Positions 45,178-55,125 of a stretch of DNA of 64,000 bases are shown one piece after another. Under the pieces are notes generated by a model that was not told where the DNA came from, made no database searches, and saw only the letters and a program-made list of their open reading frames with translations. A program made the position numbers and the translations under genes. Position 1 is the first letter of the stretch; each line of letters begins with the position of its first letter. This DNA is from Hydrurus foetidus (taxonomy: Eukaryota). The stretch is taken from the NCBI GenBank assembly GCA_900617105.1, contig UYFQ01000478.1, forward strand, positions 62,001 to 126,000, read 5' to 3'.

Positions 45178-45238
45178 ATGCCAAATAGGCCTCTAGCCCT
45201 CGTAGTCATTGCGCAAGCAGCTATCAATTAAGTAGCAA
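45178..45238 (+). repeat. Dispersed ~60-bp repeat, intergenic
   Basis: AAATAGGCCTCTAGCCCTCG..TGCGCAAGCAGCTATCAATTAAGTAGCAA. Confidence 0.85.
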
Positions 45239-45259
45239 CTCAATTCAACAAGAATGCCG

Positions 45260-46009
45260 TCACCACACTCGCAGCGGTACGTTTCCGATTTTCACATCGT
45301 GCACCCCCAGCAATGCTTGCTTGCCGTGAACCTGCACGCCATCGACCCAGGTGCCAACCGTGCGGCGCAAGTCGTGCAGCCAGACCTCGTTGCCCATATT
45401 CACGATCAACGCGTGCCGCCGACTGGCGGACTGTGCGTCTATCGGCAATCTATTCACCGCCAGTTTGCCAATGGAGATCAGCTTGTCGGTGAAGGGCATC
45501 TTGTTGCCCCGGTATTTAATCACCACCGTGTTCGTGGATTTAAGGGCGGCTGGCAATCCAAAGCGGTAGTCCTGAAACACCAGCTTTTCCAACAAGCTAT
45601 CCCATCCGCCCAACGCTTGCGGCCGAGCCAAGGCAACCTGCGCGTTGTAGATTGAAAGCGAAGTGCTGCATCCGGGTGAATCGCCCTCAGCGCAATTTCA
45701 ATCAACCAGGTTGGCTCGTCCAGCCCCGCTGACAGTGTGCGTTGGCGCTTGGCAGCCTCCCGCGCATCGTCCCGCCGGGCCAGGCCCAAGCCTTTACCGG
45801 GGGAGCTGTAGCATCCACTGCACCACCTGTGCAATGTTCCATGACCAGCGCAAGCTGCTTTTGATGCCTGAAATGGTGGTGGAAGGTGACGATGCCCGGC
45901 AGGTTCAACCCGGCCAGCGCCCGCATCTCCACCAGAAATTCCCTGTCCTTGTCAGGGTGTGCAGCAGCCAATACTTATGGTCGAGGCGTTGACCAGCGGC
46001 AAGTGTCAT
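45260..46009 (-). pseudogene. Ser/Thr protein kinase-FHA domain gene, deleted and frameshifted
   Basis: FLVEMRALAGLNLPGIVTFH..LVMEHCTGG (kinase N-lobe), ALRAIHPDAALRFQS (subdomain XI) and SRRHALI..DL..TVGTWVDG (FHA). Confidence 0.7.
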
Positions 46010-46087
46010 GGGATTGGGTTAGATCACGTTCTTTTTCGAAGATTGGCATTTGGATGACTGCTTAAAGGTACTAACAACAACCGTTTC

Positions 46088-48125
46088 TCAGTCCTTCGCC
46101 ACCACGGTGTCATACAACCCGTAGTGCGTCAGTCCGTCGTGGCTCAGGATGCCGGTGTAGCGCAGCGACGCATCTTCATACCGCCGAAACGCAAACACCG
46201 CCGCATTCATCTGCTCGGTGTTGAACACCTTCAGCCGCACCAACAGGTGAAAGTCCTGCACCGTCAGCCCGGTCACCGTCAGAAACAATTCCGGCTCCAG
46301 CTTGGTGATCACATCTTGCAGCGTGTTCTCCCGAAAGTCGGTCAGGTACATGAACGCCGGAATACGCGTCGCAAACTTGATCAGCTTTTCCTGCACCAGC
46401 TTGCGTTTGGACTTGTATTCCTTTTCTTCAGTGGAAAGCTCTTTCTTTTCCTTGGCCGACAGCTTTTCTTCCTTGGCCTTGTTCTTGAGATCTTTGACCC
46501 TGTCACTCTTGTTGATGATGGTCTCAATGACGTTGTCACCCAGCGAGCGCCAGCCCTCAATGCGCCCCACCGCATCCATCGCCTCCGGGCTGTCAAGAAT
46601 GCGGCGCAGCGTGCCGTTGTCCACATTCACCAGCAGCGCGCTCTCCCACTTGCGCGCCAGCAGCGTGGCCGACGTGCCCGCCATCGCAATGTCCAGAATG
46701 CCGCCTGCATCGATCTGCGTCATGTTCGCGCCGTCAAACGCCAGCACCGGCAAAAAGGCCACCAAATCCCGCACCGCGTTCTCGGGGTTGGTCTCGTTGG
46801 GCGACAGGCCAATGCCGTATTCCGACAACTGGCGCAGCGCCCGCGTGGGCGCAAAGTCGAACACAAAGCACACGGGCTTGAGGATTTCCTCCTCGTTCGG
46901 GTTGTCGCCGTTGGGGTTTTTGATGGACCACGGCGACTGCACCCGAAACGCCGCCTGAAAATAGCTCTCTGGCGATTTCAGGTTGCGCAGCATCAATATG
47001 GCCGACCACTGCGCCACCGTCACGCCCGTGGTCAGCTTGCCGCAGGAAAGCGTGATGGTTTTGGTGTCAAACCCGCTGCCAATGGCCTTGCGCACCGGCG
47101 GCAGCGCCTCCAGCCCAATACCTGCCGCCGCACCTGCAGCCATGATGACCTGGTAGCCCAGCCAAAAGGTGTTGTGCCGCTCGGCCAGCAAATTCGCCAT
47201 TGCCTGGCAGGCCGCCACGTTGGGCAAGTACCAAAACGAATGCTGCAAATACGGCAACAGGCGCACGTCTGAGTACGGAAACGGTGGCCGTGTGCCCGTT
47301 TTTAGCAACTCCGCCGACTGGGCTGCGTAGCCACCGCGAATGATGTCCAGCCACTTCTGCACGTCGCTCTTGTGCGTGAACTCGGCACCCGCCCCGGTGC
47401 CGGTGGCTTCAAAAAACGCATTCAGATCGAACTCGTCAAACTCCCCACCGCTGGCAATGGCCAGCAACTCGTCGGGCATCTGGTAGGTCAGCAAACGCAT
47501 TTGCGGTAATGCGCCGTAGGGGTTGCGCTTGGCGGGGTGCGTGGCAGCAAACGCCGCCTTGGCGCGCTGTTCGTCGGTGTACGTCCAGTTGAAGATTTGC
47601 TCCTCAATGAACTCGCCCGTGGCCAGCGCCTTGAACGGCGTGCCCGACAGGTACAAATAGGCCCGCGTGGTGATGGGCAAAAAATCGGTTTCCTGCGTAG
47701 CCAGCACATTCAGGTCTTCGTTAACACCATCCAGCTCACCCGCGTATTCCAGCTTGGCCTCTTTTTTGGCGACTGCATCGTCCTCGCCCTCAAACAACTC
47801 CTTGGCCGTGTCGCGCCAGGCACCAAAGTGGTATTCGTCAAACACCACCAAGTCCCAATTGACCGCGTGCAGCCACTCGTTGCGCGGCTTGATGTTGCCC
47901 GCCGCGTCGCGGCCCAGCAGGTCTTGAAACGAGCCGAAATACACCACCGGTTTGGCACGGTCGATCTGCGTCGGGTCGCCCCCCGTGGATCGCGACAGGT
48001 ATTGCCAACCGTCAAAGTCCACATGGTTTTCCAGGTCGGTCTGCCATGCGTCTTCCACCGCCGGTTTGAAGGTCAGCACCAGCACGCGTTTGGTCTGCAG
48101 TTTTTTGGCCAACTGGTAGGTGGTA

Positions 48126-48159
<34 letters not shown>

Positions 48160-48628
48160 AAAAGCGCGGCGCTGCGTTGGCATCCTCGGCCCAGATCGAT
48201 TGGTAGTAGTCCTGCGTTTTGTTGACCGCGTCCAACTGTTCGTCGCGCAGGCCAAAGGTCTCGTGGTGTGTGCCGGTCAAGCGTTGGCCGGTGCGCAACT
48301 CGGCCAACACGGTGGCCACATCGGCCACGGTGCAGCGCACCCATTCCAGTTTGACTTTCTCAAACCCTTTTTTGACCAACGCTGCGCGCACCTCGTGGTC
48401 GGTGAAGATGGAGCCATCATCACGCTCGGCGGGCTCGTCCAGTTCAATGGTGAAGTTCTGTATGGCGGCTGTTTTGAGCTGCTCGGCCACACGCCGCTTG
48501 ACATCCCGCGTGGTCTGGCCCACCTTGAGCTGGCCGTGGTGGGCGGCATCGGCAATCGCGTAGGCGTAGATGCGGGGGCGGGCTTCTGGTTTGGGGGTGA
48601 GGACTTCGTCGATGGTGGGTTTATTCAT
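46088..48628 (-). CDS. T5orf172/GIY-YIG-like domain + SF2 helicase; putative restriction subunit
   Basis: RIYAY..LKVGQTTR.V..RV..Q, NAKMRFGKT, DEYH, LSGTP and YFQAAFRVQ. Confidence 0.85.
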
Positions 48629-49835
48629 GGTCACTGGCATTTGCGCGGTCCTCCATTGCGGACTCGATGAGGTACCGTTCTCGCTCAATCTCTAGCCGAA
48701 GCTGGCCTTCTGTAGGTAGGTTTGACAGATATTTGGCGGCAAAAATTTGTTTGCTCTCGCTCAAAATCGAATATTTGGCAACCGCCTCGCTTTTGTCTGA
48801 ACACAGCAGCAAGCCGATGGTAGGGTTGTCGCCAGGAACTTTGAACTGGTCCTCAAAGAGCCTGACATAGCCATCCATCTGCCCAATATCAGCGTGGGTG
48901 AGCCGCCCCATTTTCAAATCCAGCAGCAGGAAGCACTTCAGAACATAGTTGTAAAACACCAAGTCGACAAAATATTCTTGGTCACCGAACCTGATGTGTT
49001 TTTGACGGGCCACAAACGAAAAGCCCTTGCCCAGTTCCAGTAGAAAGGTTTGAAGGTTGTCGATGATGGCTTGCTCCAGCCTGCTTTCGTGCAAACTGGG
49101 AGAGACGGGCAGGCCCAGAAACTCCAGCACCATCGGCGACTTCAACACCTGCGACGGCTGCACTGGATCGCCGGCCAGGCGCTCGCGTCCTTTCGGTAAT
49201 AGCCCCTTCTCGCCCTGGTTGGCCACGATTCGCTCGAAGTAAAAGCTATGAATCTGCCGCTCCAACTGGACTTTGGACCAGCCGCAGTCAATGGCCTCGC
49301 GCTCGTAAAAATCCCGCGCTGCAAGGCTATCTACCCGCATGAGTGCCCGATAGTGTGACCAGGTTAGCTGTGGCGCAAAGCCTTGCAGAGATTTGGTACC
49401 CACTGGGTAGCTTTTCTTAGGTCGGGTCGATTCTCCACCCATCGGGTGGGGAATGATCGCAGTTGAAGATTGGCTACCCGCCGGGTAGCCAATCGAAGTG
49501 CATCGGTCCGGGTAAGCTTGAAAGAACTGTCTGAAGTTTTTCAGGTTTGGAGCCGAAAAACCTTGTCCATATCGTTCGGTAAGCTGTTTAGAGAGGTCTG
49601 CAATAACCTTTGTGCCATAGACAGCCCGCGCTTCGCCGCCCTGAACGGCTTCGACGATCTCGCGCCCGATCAACCAGTAGGCCAGCACCATCTGGGTATT
49701 GACCGCCCGAACAACATTGCCGCGCGCCTCGTCCAGGATGACGGCAACGCGGCCAAACAGCGCATCAGATTCGACGACAACCAACGGCTGTTCTTGCTTG
49801 CGTGCGGTCTTGGTTTTTTGGGGTGCTTTGCTCAC
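48621..49835 (-). CDS. YhcG/DUF1016 PD-(D/E)xK nuclease-like protein
   Basis: YWLIGREIVE, LTWSHY, FLLELGKGFSFVARQ, DLVFYN..DLK and GQMDGY. Confidence 0.9.
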   Translation of the reverse strand: MSKAPQKTKTARKQEQPLVVVESDALFGRVAVILDEARGNVVRAVNTQMVLAYWLIGREIVEAVQGGEARAVYGTKVIADLSKQLTERYGQGFSAPNLKNFRQFFQAYPDRCTSIGYPAGSQSSTAIIPHPMGGESTRPKKSYPVGTKSLQGFAPQLTWSHYRALMRVDSLAARDFYEREAIDCGWSKVQLERQIHSFYFERIVANQGEKGLLPKGRERLAGDPVQPSQVLKSPMVLEFLGLPVSPSLHESRLEQAIIDNLQTFLLELGKGFSFVARQKHIRFGDQEYFVDLVFYNYVLKCFLLLDLKMGRLTHADIGQMDGYVRLFEDQFKVPGDNPTIGLLLCSDKSEAVAKYSILSESKQIFAAKYLSNLPTEGQLRLEIERERYLIESAMEDRANASDHE

Positions 49836-50866
49836 AATGACCTTTCGATGATTTCCCAGTGGCCGGTCTTGTCAGAACCCACACGCTGAATGCGGCCTTG
49901 CGCACGCAATGCTTTGAGATGGCGCTTGATGGTCTTGTCCGTCACGCCAATCGCAAGCGCCATCTTCTGAGCCGTCACCTTGGAATTGGCTCGCACCAGC
50001 GTCAAAATTTTGTCGGAGAGTTCGCCTAAACCTGTATTTACAGGAACATTTGCAGGGACATTTACAGGGACATCCACCACCGTCTGCGCAGCCACATCAA
50101 TGTATTTGTGCAGCGAATTGGCAATGGCATCGAGCATAAAGTCGATGGACGGACGGCAATCCACCTGGGGACCCGCATGAGAATCCTGCAAGGCCTTGTA
50201 ATACAGCGCCTGGTTATGGTGCACCAGCGTCTCCATCGGCATCCAGGCAAACAGCGGGTTCCACTGGGCAAGAATCAGCGTTTGCCACAGCCGCCCGATG
50301 CGGCCGTTGCCGTCGCGAAACGGGTGGATGTATTCCAGCCGGTAGTGAACCGCAGAACTCTTGATGAGCGGATGCGCTTCGCTGGTTTGCCCCCAATGCA
50401 GGAGCTGTTGAACCAAGGCTGGGACTTGAGCCGACAGCGCGCCGCGATGCAACAGTGTGCCATCACTGCCCACCACGGCCACACCGCCTGAGCGGAACTG
50501 ACCTGATTCGCCAATCAGCGTGTCGGTGAGATTTGCGTGCGCCCGCAGCAAGTCGTCCACCGACCACGGCGCATAGCCAGGCATCTCGTTGTAGGCGTGC
50601 CAGGCGTTTTGCACCTCCTTGATGTCCTTGGGTGGCCCCCAGACCGGCTTGCCGTTGATGACATCGGTCACCTGCCCCAAGGTGAGCTGGTTGCCTTCAA
50701 TGGCGGTGGAGGCGTGAACCGAGAGGATGCGGTTGAGCTTGCGCAGGTGCAGCACATCGCCCGACTGCTCTTCGCTGATCTTGACGCGCTCCAGCAAGGC
50801 GTGAATCGCGCCGATTTTTTCGTGCCACTTCGGGTCTTCTGTGAAAAATTTTTCCAGCGCCTTCAC
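49832..50866 (-). CDS. Fic family protein with C-terminal HTH
   Basis: HPFRDGNGRIGR active-site motif, STAIEGN inhibitory motif and C-terminal TDKTIKRHLKAL..RVGSDKTGHW. Confidence 0.92.
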   Translation of the reverse strand: MKALEKFFTEDPKWHEKIGAIHALLERVKISEEQSGDVLHLRKLNRILSVHASTAIEGNQLTLGQVTDVINGKPVWGPPKDIKEVQNAWHAYNEMPGYAPWSVDDLLRAHANLTDTLIGESGQFRSGGVAVVGSDGTLLHRGALSAQVPALVQQLLHWGQTSEAHPLIKSSAVHYRLEYIHPFRDGNGRIGRLWQTLILAQWNPLFAWMPMETLVHHNQALYYKALQDSHAGPQVDCRPSIDFMLDAIANSLHKYIDVAAQTVVDVPVNVPANVPVNTGLGELSDKILTLVRANSKVTAQKMALAIGVTDKTIKRHLKALRAQGRIQRVGSDKTGHWEIIERSL

Positions 50867-51039
50867 GGCCTGCTCCTTGCCGGGCTAGCCGCCCACGCGG
50901 CCACACGCTGCTTCACGTTGCGCGTGGTCTGGCCCACCTTGAGCTGGCCGTGGTGTGCGGCATCGGCAATCGCGTAGGCATAAATGCGGGGGCGGGCTTC
51001 GGGTTTGGGGGTGAGGATTTCCTCGATGGGCTTACTCAT
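50863..51039 (-). pseudogene. Stub duplicating the first ~47 codons of the GIY-YIG/helicase gene
   Basis: MSKPIEEILTPKPEARPRIYAYAIADAAHHGQLKVGQTTRNVKQRVA matches 48485-48628. Confidence 0.9.
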
Positions 51040-52723
51040 CGTCACTATCGTCCACGGTGACATCGTCCAACAGGTCACTGGTCAGGTCCATCGGTCGGAC
51101 AAGCTTCTCGATGAATTCAATCTCGCTCTCGGAGATGCCATATTTGGCGTACAGGGCTTCGTCCGTCCATCGCTTGGTCCAGTCTTGCTTCGGCACGAAG
51201 GTGTAGACCTTGCGTGTGGTGTCTTGGGATGGCTTGTGCAGAAGAATCAGCAGGCGCGTCAGCCGGCAGGTGAGGTAAGACAAGGCGCTTTCAGCTTCGG
51301 CCTGGGTGTCGAACGGGCCAATGCATAAATAGGTTTCGGAGCAGATACTGCCCGCCTCGCCAATGAAAGGCGTACTGAGGATGCGGTGCGGATAAGTGTC
51401 GCGGTTGCCGGTGCCCGGTGCGGCGCGACCTACATAAATCTTCCATTTATCGATGAGGTGCACGCCCGCTGTTATCGAGTCTTTGGCTATGTAACCTGTG
51501 CCGCCGTTCTGATAGATGAGCACATCACCAGCACGCTTTGTCTTTTTGCCCTTGAACGTTGTTTCCAGGGCAAATGGCTTTCTTGAGCTGACCAATCGGT
51601 CAAACCGCTTGCCCTCCGGCATGAAGAGTGACTCAGTTTGGCCCGTCTCAACCGATACGACTTTCCTGAGGATCGAAAGTCCCTCATTGAAACGGATGAA
51701 AATGTCAGCGCCGTCTTCCATGAGTGGCCGGGTGGCGGTGGAGACCGGCCAGTCTTTGAAATGGGTGCTCACGTCACAGAGGCCATTTTGGTCGCGGTTC
51801 CAGAGAAAATAGCAAACACCGCCCTTGAGGCCCACACCAGGAAACACATCTGCTGCACTCAGGTAGTCAGCAATAGAGCGCAAGCGGTTGTCGCCGAGCA
51901 TGGATTCCCTGAATTCATCCAGTCCCTTGCCACCCGCAAACCAGCGCGCGGGAATGATCATCGACAGGTAGCGCGGCTCCAACGCCTTGGCCTGTTCCAC
52001 GAACAACTGGTAGATGGGCGCGGCGCTGGTGCCGTGGCCGCCATCGTTCAACTGGTACGGCGGGTTGCCCACGATGACATCGAACTGCATATTTTCTCCA
52101 AATAACTCGGTCATTCGAGTCTTGATGTTTTCGGTGTGAATGAATGCGTAAGCATGGGTTTCCAGCGTCTCGCCCCGGTCCATGGCGGCCTGGCTGGCAC
52201 CGCAAAACGTGCATTTGCTGTTGCCTCCATCTTTGGCCCACGTATGCTCGGTACGCTCAAACCAGATATTGCCCGCATCACTGTCAAAGCCTTTGGCAAT
52301 GGAATGCGCGCCATTGGCATATTTGGAGCAATACACGCTGCGCCGCGCCAGCAAGCTGGTCAGGCGTGTGATGCCAATGCCGAAAACCTGCTGCGTCAAT
52401 ATGTGGTTGACGCGTTCTTGCAGGTCAGGTATCTGCTGCGCCAGGCCCTTGGTTAACCGGCTGGTGATCTCGCGCAGAAACACGCCTGATTTGGTGAACG
52501 GGTCCAAAAACCGCACGGTTTTGTCGGCCCACAAGTTGGCTCCGCCGTGGTCTGCGGACCACGCCTCGGCCAGCATGTCCAACATGCGGCCCGCCAGCTC
52601 GGGCGGGGTAAAAACCTCGTCGTTTGACAAATTTGCAATGCAGGTCAGCACATCGGGGTTGCGCCCGCGCAGGGTGAAAGAAACTTGTTCGTTCATGGCG
52701 CTACTGGAAATATTTTGTGACAT
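51032..52723 (-). CDS. Eco57I-type N6-adenine DNA methyltransferase
   Basis: DEVFTPP, FLDPFTKSGVF (variant motif I), FDVIVGNPPY and IIPARW. Confidence 0.88.
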   Translation of the reverse strand: MSQNISSSAMNEQVSFTLRGRNPDVLTCIANLSNDEVFTPPELAGRMLDMLAEAWSADHGGANLWADKTVRFLDPFTKSGVFLREITSRLTKGLAQQIPDLQERVNHILTQQVFGIGITRLTSLLARRSVYCSKYANGAHSIAKGFDSDAGNIWFERTEHTWAKDGGNSKCTFCGASQAAMDRGETLETHAYAFIHTENIKTRMTELFGENMQFDVIVGNPPYQLNDGGHGTSAAPIYQLFVEQAKALEPRYLSMIIPARWFAGGKGLDEFRESMLGDNRLRSIADYLSAADVFPGVGLKGGVCYFLWNRDQNGLCDVSTHFKDWPVSTATRPLMEDGADIFIRFNEGLSILRKVVSVETGQTESLFMPEGKRFDRLVSSRKPFALETTFKGKKTKRAGDVLIYQNGGTGYIAKDSITAGVHLIDKWKIYVGRAAPGTGNRDTYPHRILSTPFIGEAGSICSETYLCIGPFDTQAEAESALSYLTCRLTRLLILLHKPSQDTTRKVYTFVPKQDWTKRWTDEALYAKYGISESEIEFIEKLVRPMDLTSDLLDDVTVDDSDDE

Positions 52724-52735
52724 GGGCTGTGCGGG

Positions 52736-53311
52736 TCAAAGGAAGCCGATGGGCGGTTTGGCCTTGCGCGTTTTGTCTTCAGCGATGAGTTGTTTGATGG
52801 CATCGAACACCTGAGAGAACTGCTCGTCGTAGCGGGTTTCCATGGCCTCAATGCGGCGGGCCAAATCGCGGTTGGAGTCCATCAGGCGGCGCAACTGCAC
52901 AAACGTGCGCATGATGGCGATATTGACCTCAACTGCCCGCTGGGAGCGCAGCACGCTGGAAAGCATGGCGACACCTTGCTCGGTGAAGGCGTAGGGTATG
53001 GCGCGACGGCCACCGTGTGCGCTTGCGGTCACAACTTGTGACCGGATAGCCCCAAGCTTCTTGCCCTTGGCTGGGGCGACAGGTGAACTTGAGATGCCAA
53101 TTTGGCATTTCAAGTCTTCCCATTCTTCAGGGGCCAGTTGCAGCATGAAGTCGGATGGAAACCGCTCGATGTTGCGCTTGACTGCGCGGTTCAACGCGCC
53201 GGTTTCGACGCCGTAGAGCATGGCCAGATCGGCGTCAAGCAACACTTTTTCGCCACGGACCAGGAAAACGAGTTTTGCCAGATTCTCTGGTTTAGGAATA
53301 ATTTGCGTCAC
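52736..53311 (-). CDS. ORF6N (KilA-N clan) DNA-binding protein
   Basis: RGEKVLLDADLA.LYGVET..LN.AVKRN.ERFP.DFM and YAFTEQGVAMLSSVL.S. Confidence 0.9.
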   Translation of the reverse strand: MTQIIPKPENLAKLVFLVRGEKVLLDADLAMLYGVETGALNRAVKRNIERFPSDFMLQLAPEEWEDLKCQIGISSSPVAPAKGKKLGAIRSQVVTASAHGGRRAIPYAFTEQGVAMLSSVLRSQRAVEVNIAIMRTFVQLRRLMDSNRDLARRIEAMETRYDEQFSQVFDAIKQLIAEDKTRKAKPPIGFL

Positions 53312-53316
53312 CGGCG

Positions 53317-54309
53317 TTACTTTCTCTTCCGAGGTTTGGCTGGTAACTGTTTGACCATGCGGTCAAAGTCGGACTCAAAGTGCTGGTCGTCCAGCCGCCG
53401 GAACTTGTCAAACTCGTGCTCCGCGTGGGTTTTGGCGAGTTGGGCCGACACTTTGCCTGCGCCTTGCAAAATCTCGCGGTCATTCAGGGTTAAAAAACCT
53501 TCCAGCTTGGTGATCCAGTCCACCATCGTCATGGCAATGCGCCGCATGGCTTGCCCTTCAGCGAATATCAGGTATTGCTCGGCCAGGTTGTTGAGTGCCA
53601 GCAATTCATCAACGCTGAGATAGTTCTTGGCAATGCTCACATCCGTCTTGCGAATACGTGCACCGTCCCAGTTGGTCAAGCCCATATTGGACTGGCCGCT
53701 GTCTGCACGGGTCGTAATCAGCTCTGCGGCGGTCTGGCCATGAATGGCGAAGTGCACCTTGTTTTGCACCGTAGCAAAAAACGTCTGGGTGACTTGTGCT
53801 GTGGGGTCGTAATCCACGCTGGTGGCGTAAATATCGGTAATCTTTTGGTAAAAGCGCCGCTCGCTGGTGCGAATGTCTTGCAGACGACGGGTCAACTCAT
53901 CGAAATAGTCGCCCCCCTTGCCGGGGTTCTTCAGTCGCTGGTCATCCAGCACAAAGCCCTTGGTGATGTACTCTTTTAGCTTGTCGCCAGCCCACTGGCG
54001 AAAGCGCACCGCCACCGGGCTGCGCACCCGAAAACCCAGAGCCAGCACCATGTCAAGGTTGTAGTGCTCCACCGTGTACTGTTTGCCATCGGCGGCAGTT
54101 GTTCGGAATAACCGAACAACTGCCGCCGGCTCCAGTTCTGCATCTTCAAAAATATGCTTGATGTGCTCGCTGATGGTGCCCTTGGCCTTGCCGAACAGCT
54201 CGGTCAACTGCTTCTGGCTGAGCCACAAGGATTGTTCTTGTAGCCGAACGTCCACCCGCGTCGTACCGTCTTCGCTTTGGTAAATCAGAAATTGGGGCGA
54301 CTCACTCAT
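53317..54309 (-). CDS. RhuM family protein
   Basis: WLSQKQL.ELF, YNLDM..LGFRV.S..A..FRQWA, KGFVLDD.RLK and IRTSERRFYQKITD. Confidence 0.9.
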   Translation of the reverse strand: MSESPQFLIYQSEDGTTRVDVRLQEQSLWLSQKQLTELFGKAKGTISEHIKHIFEDAELEPAAVVRLFRTTAADGKQYTVEHYNLDMVLALGFRVRSPVAVRFRQWAGDKLKEYITKGFVLDDQRLKNPGKGGDYFDELTRRLQDIRTSERRFYQKITDIYATSVDYDPTAQVTQTFFATVQNKVHFAIHGQTAAELITTRADSGQSNMGLTNWDGARIRKTDVSIAKNYLSVDELLALNNLAEQYLIFAEGQAMRRIAMTMVDWITKLEGFLTLNDREILQGAGKVSAQLAKTHAEHEFDKFRRLDDQHFESDFDRMVKQLPAKPRKRK

Positions 54310-54313
54310 GCCG

Positions 54314-54976
54314 TCAGCCTCCCTGCAAAGCTGCCAGCTCGCGCACCGTCATGGGCGGGTATGTTTTGATAGGCGTAAAGATTTCATGCTTGCCCAGATC
54401 GGCAAACAGTGAACCTTCCTCGCTATATTTTGACGAGCCGGTGAGCACGTCAAACCGGAAGTCACGCCGTTGAAACTTGCCTTTGCCAAGGTAGCCCCAT
54501 TCGGCAAAAGTGATGGGCGGACGATCTTTGACGGGCTGGTCGCCCATGTCACTTATGGCGCGCATGGTCAGCGCGTCGCCATGCACCAAGTTTGTCGACA
54601 GCACATAGGTTGCAGCCCGGTACAGGTCGTCGGCTTCATCCAGCTTGAGGTAATCGGCAAATACTTCCAACACGTTGGCGCGGCATTCGGCAATGTTGTC
54701 GACCAGCAGCTCAATGCCGTAGATGCACATCAGTCCATACAGCGCGTAATGCTGCCGCTCAAAATCAGACTTGCTGAATTTGAGTTCCACCGCCGCAAGC
54801 TTGCGTTTGAGTATTTGCACGATGAAGTTGCCGCTGCCGCACGCGGGCTCCAAAAAGCGGGAGTCAATGCGCTCGGTCTCGTCCTTCACCAAGTCCAGCA
54901 TGGCCTCGACCATCCATGCTGGTGTGAAGACCTCGCCGTGGTCGGCGACGCGTTGTTTGGACTTGACGAGGTTCAT
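54314..54976 (-). CDS. Short DNA-methyltransferase-like subunit (SAM-binding motif only)
   Basis: KSKQRVADHGEVFTP, FLEPACGSGNF and IYGIEL; no NPPY/DPPY in 220 aa. Confidence 0.85.
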   Translation of the reverse strand: MNLVKSKQRVADHGEVFTPAWMVEAMLDLVKDETERIDSRFLEPACGSGNFIVQILKRKLAAVELKFSKSDFERQHYALYGLMCIYGIELLVDNIAECRANVLEVFADYLKLDEADDLYRAATYVLSTNLVHGDALTMRAISDMGDQPVKDRPPITFAEWGYLGKGKFQRRDFRFDVLTGSSKYSEEGSLFADLGKHEIFTPIKTYPPMTVRELAALQGG

Positions 54977-55125
54977 GCCGCCCCGCAGCGCGTTGCAGCA
55001 GGCCCCTGGGGCGCGACAGAGGTTGGATTTTTGATAGCCATTGAATTCTTGTGAATTTCCCTAGTGCCTTACGGCACAAGCTGGCAAGCTTACCCCAAGC
55101 CGAATTGCGATTTTGCTAAACAGAT

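Noticed and set aside
49391..49500. CRISPR-like array
   Set aside because: Only three degenerate units with ~14-nt spacers, inside a CDS, and no cas genes; reported as coding palindromes instead.
54981..55040. Possible twelfth copy of the dispersed repeat
   Set aside because: Only the terminal TTGATAGC resembles the consensus.
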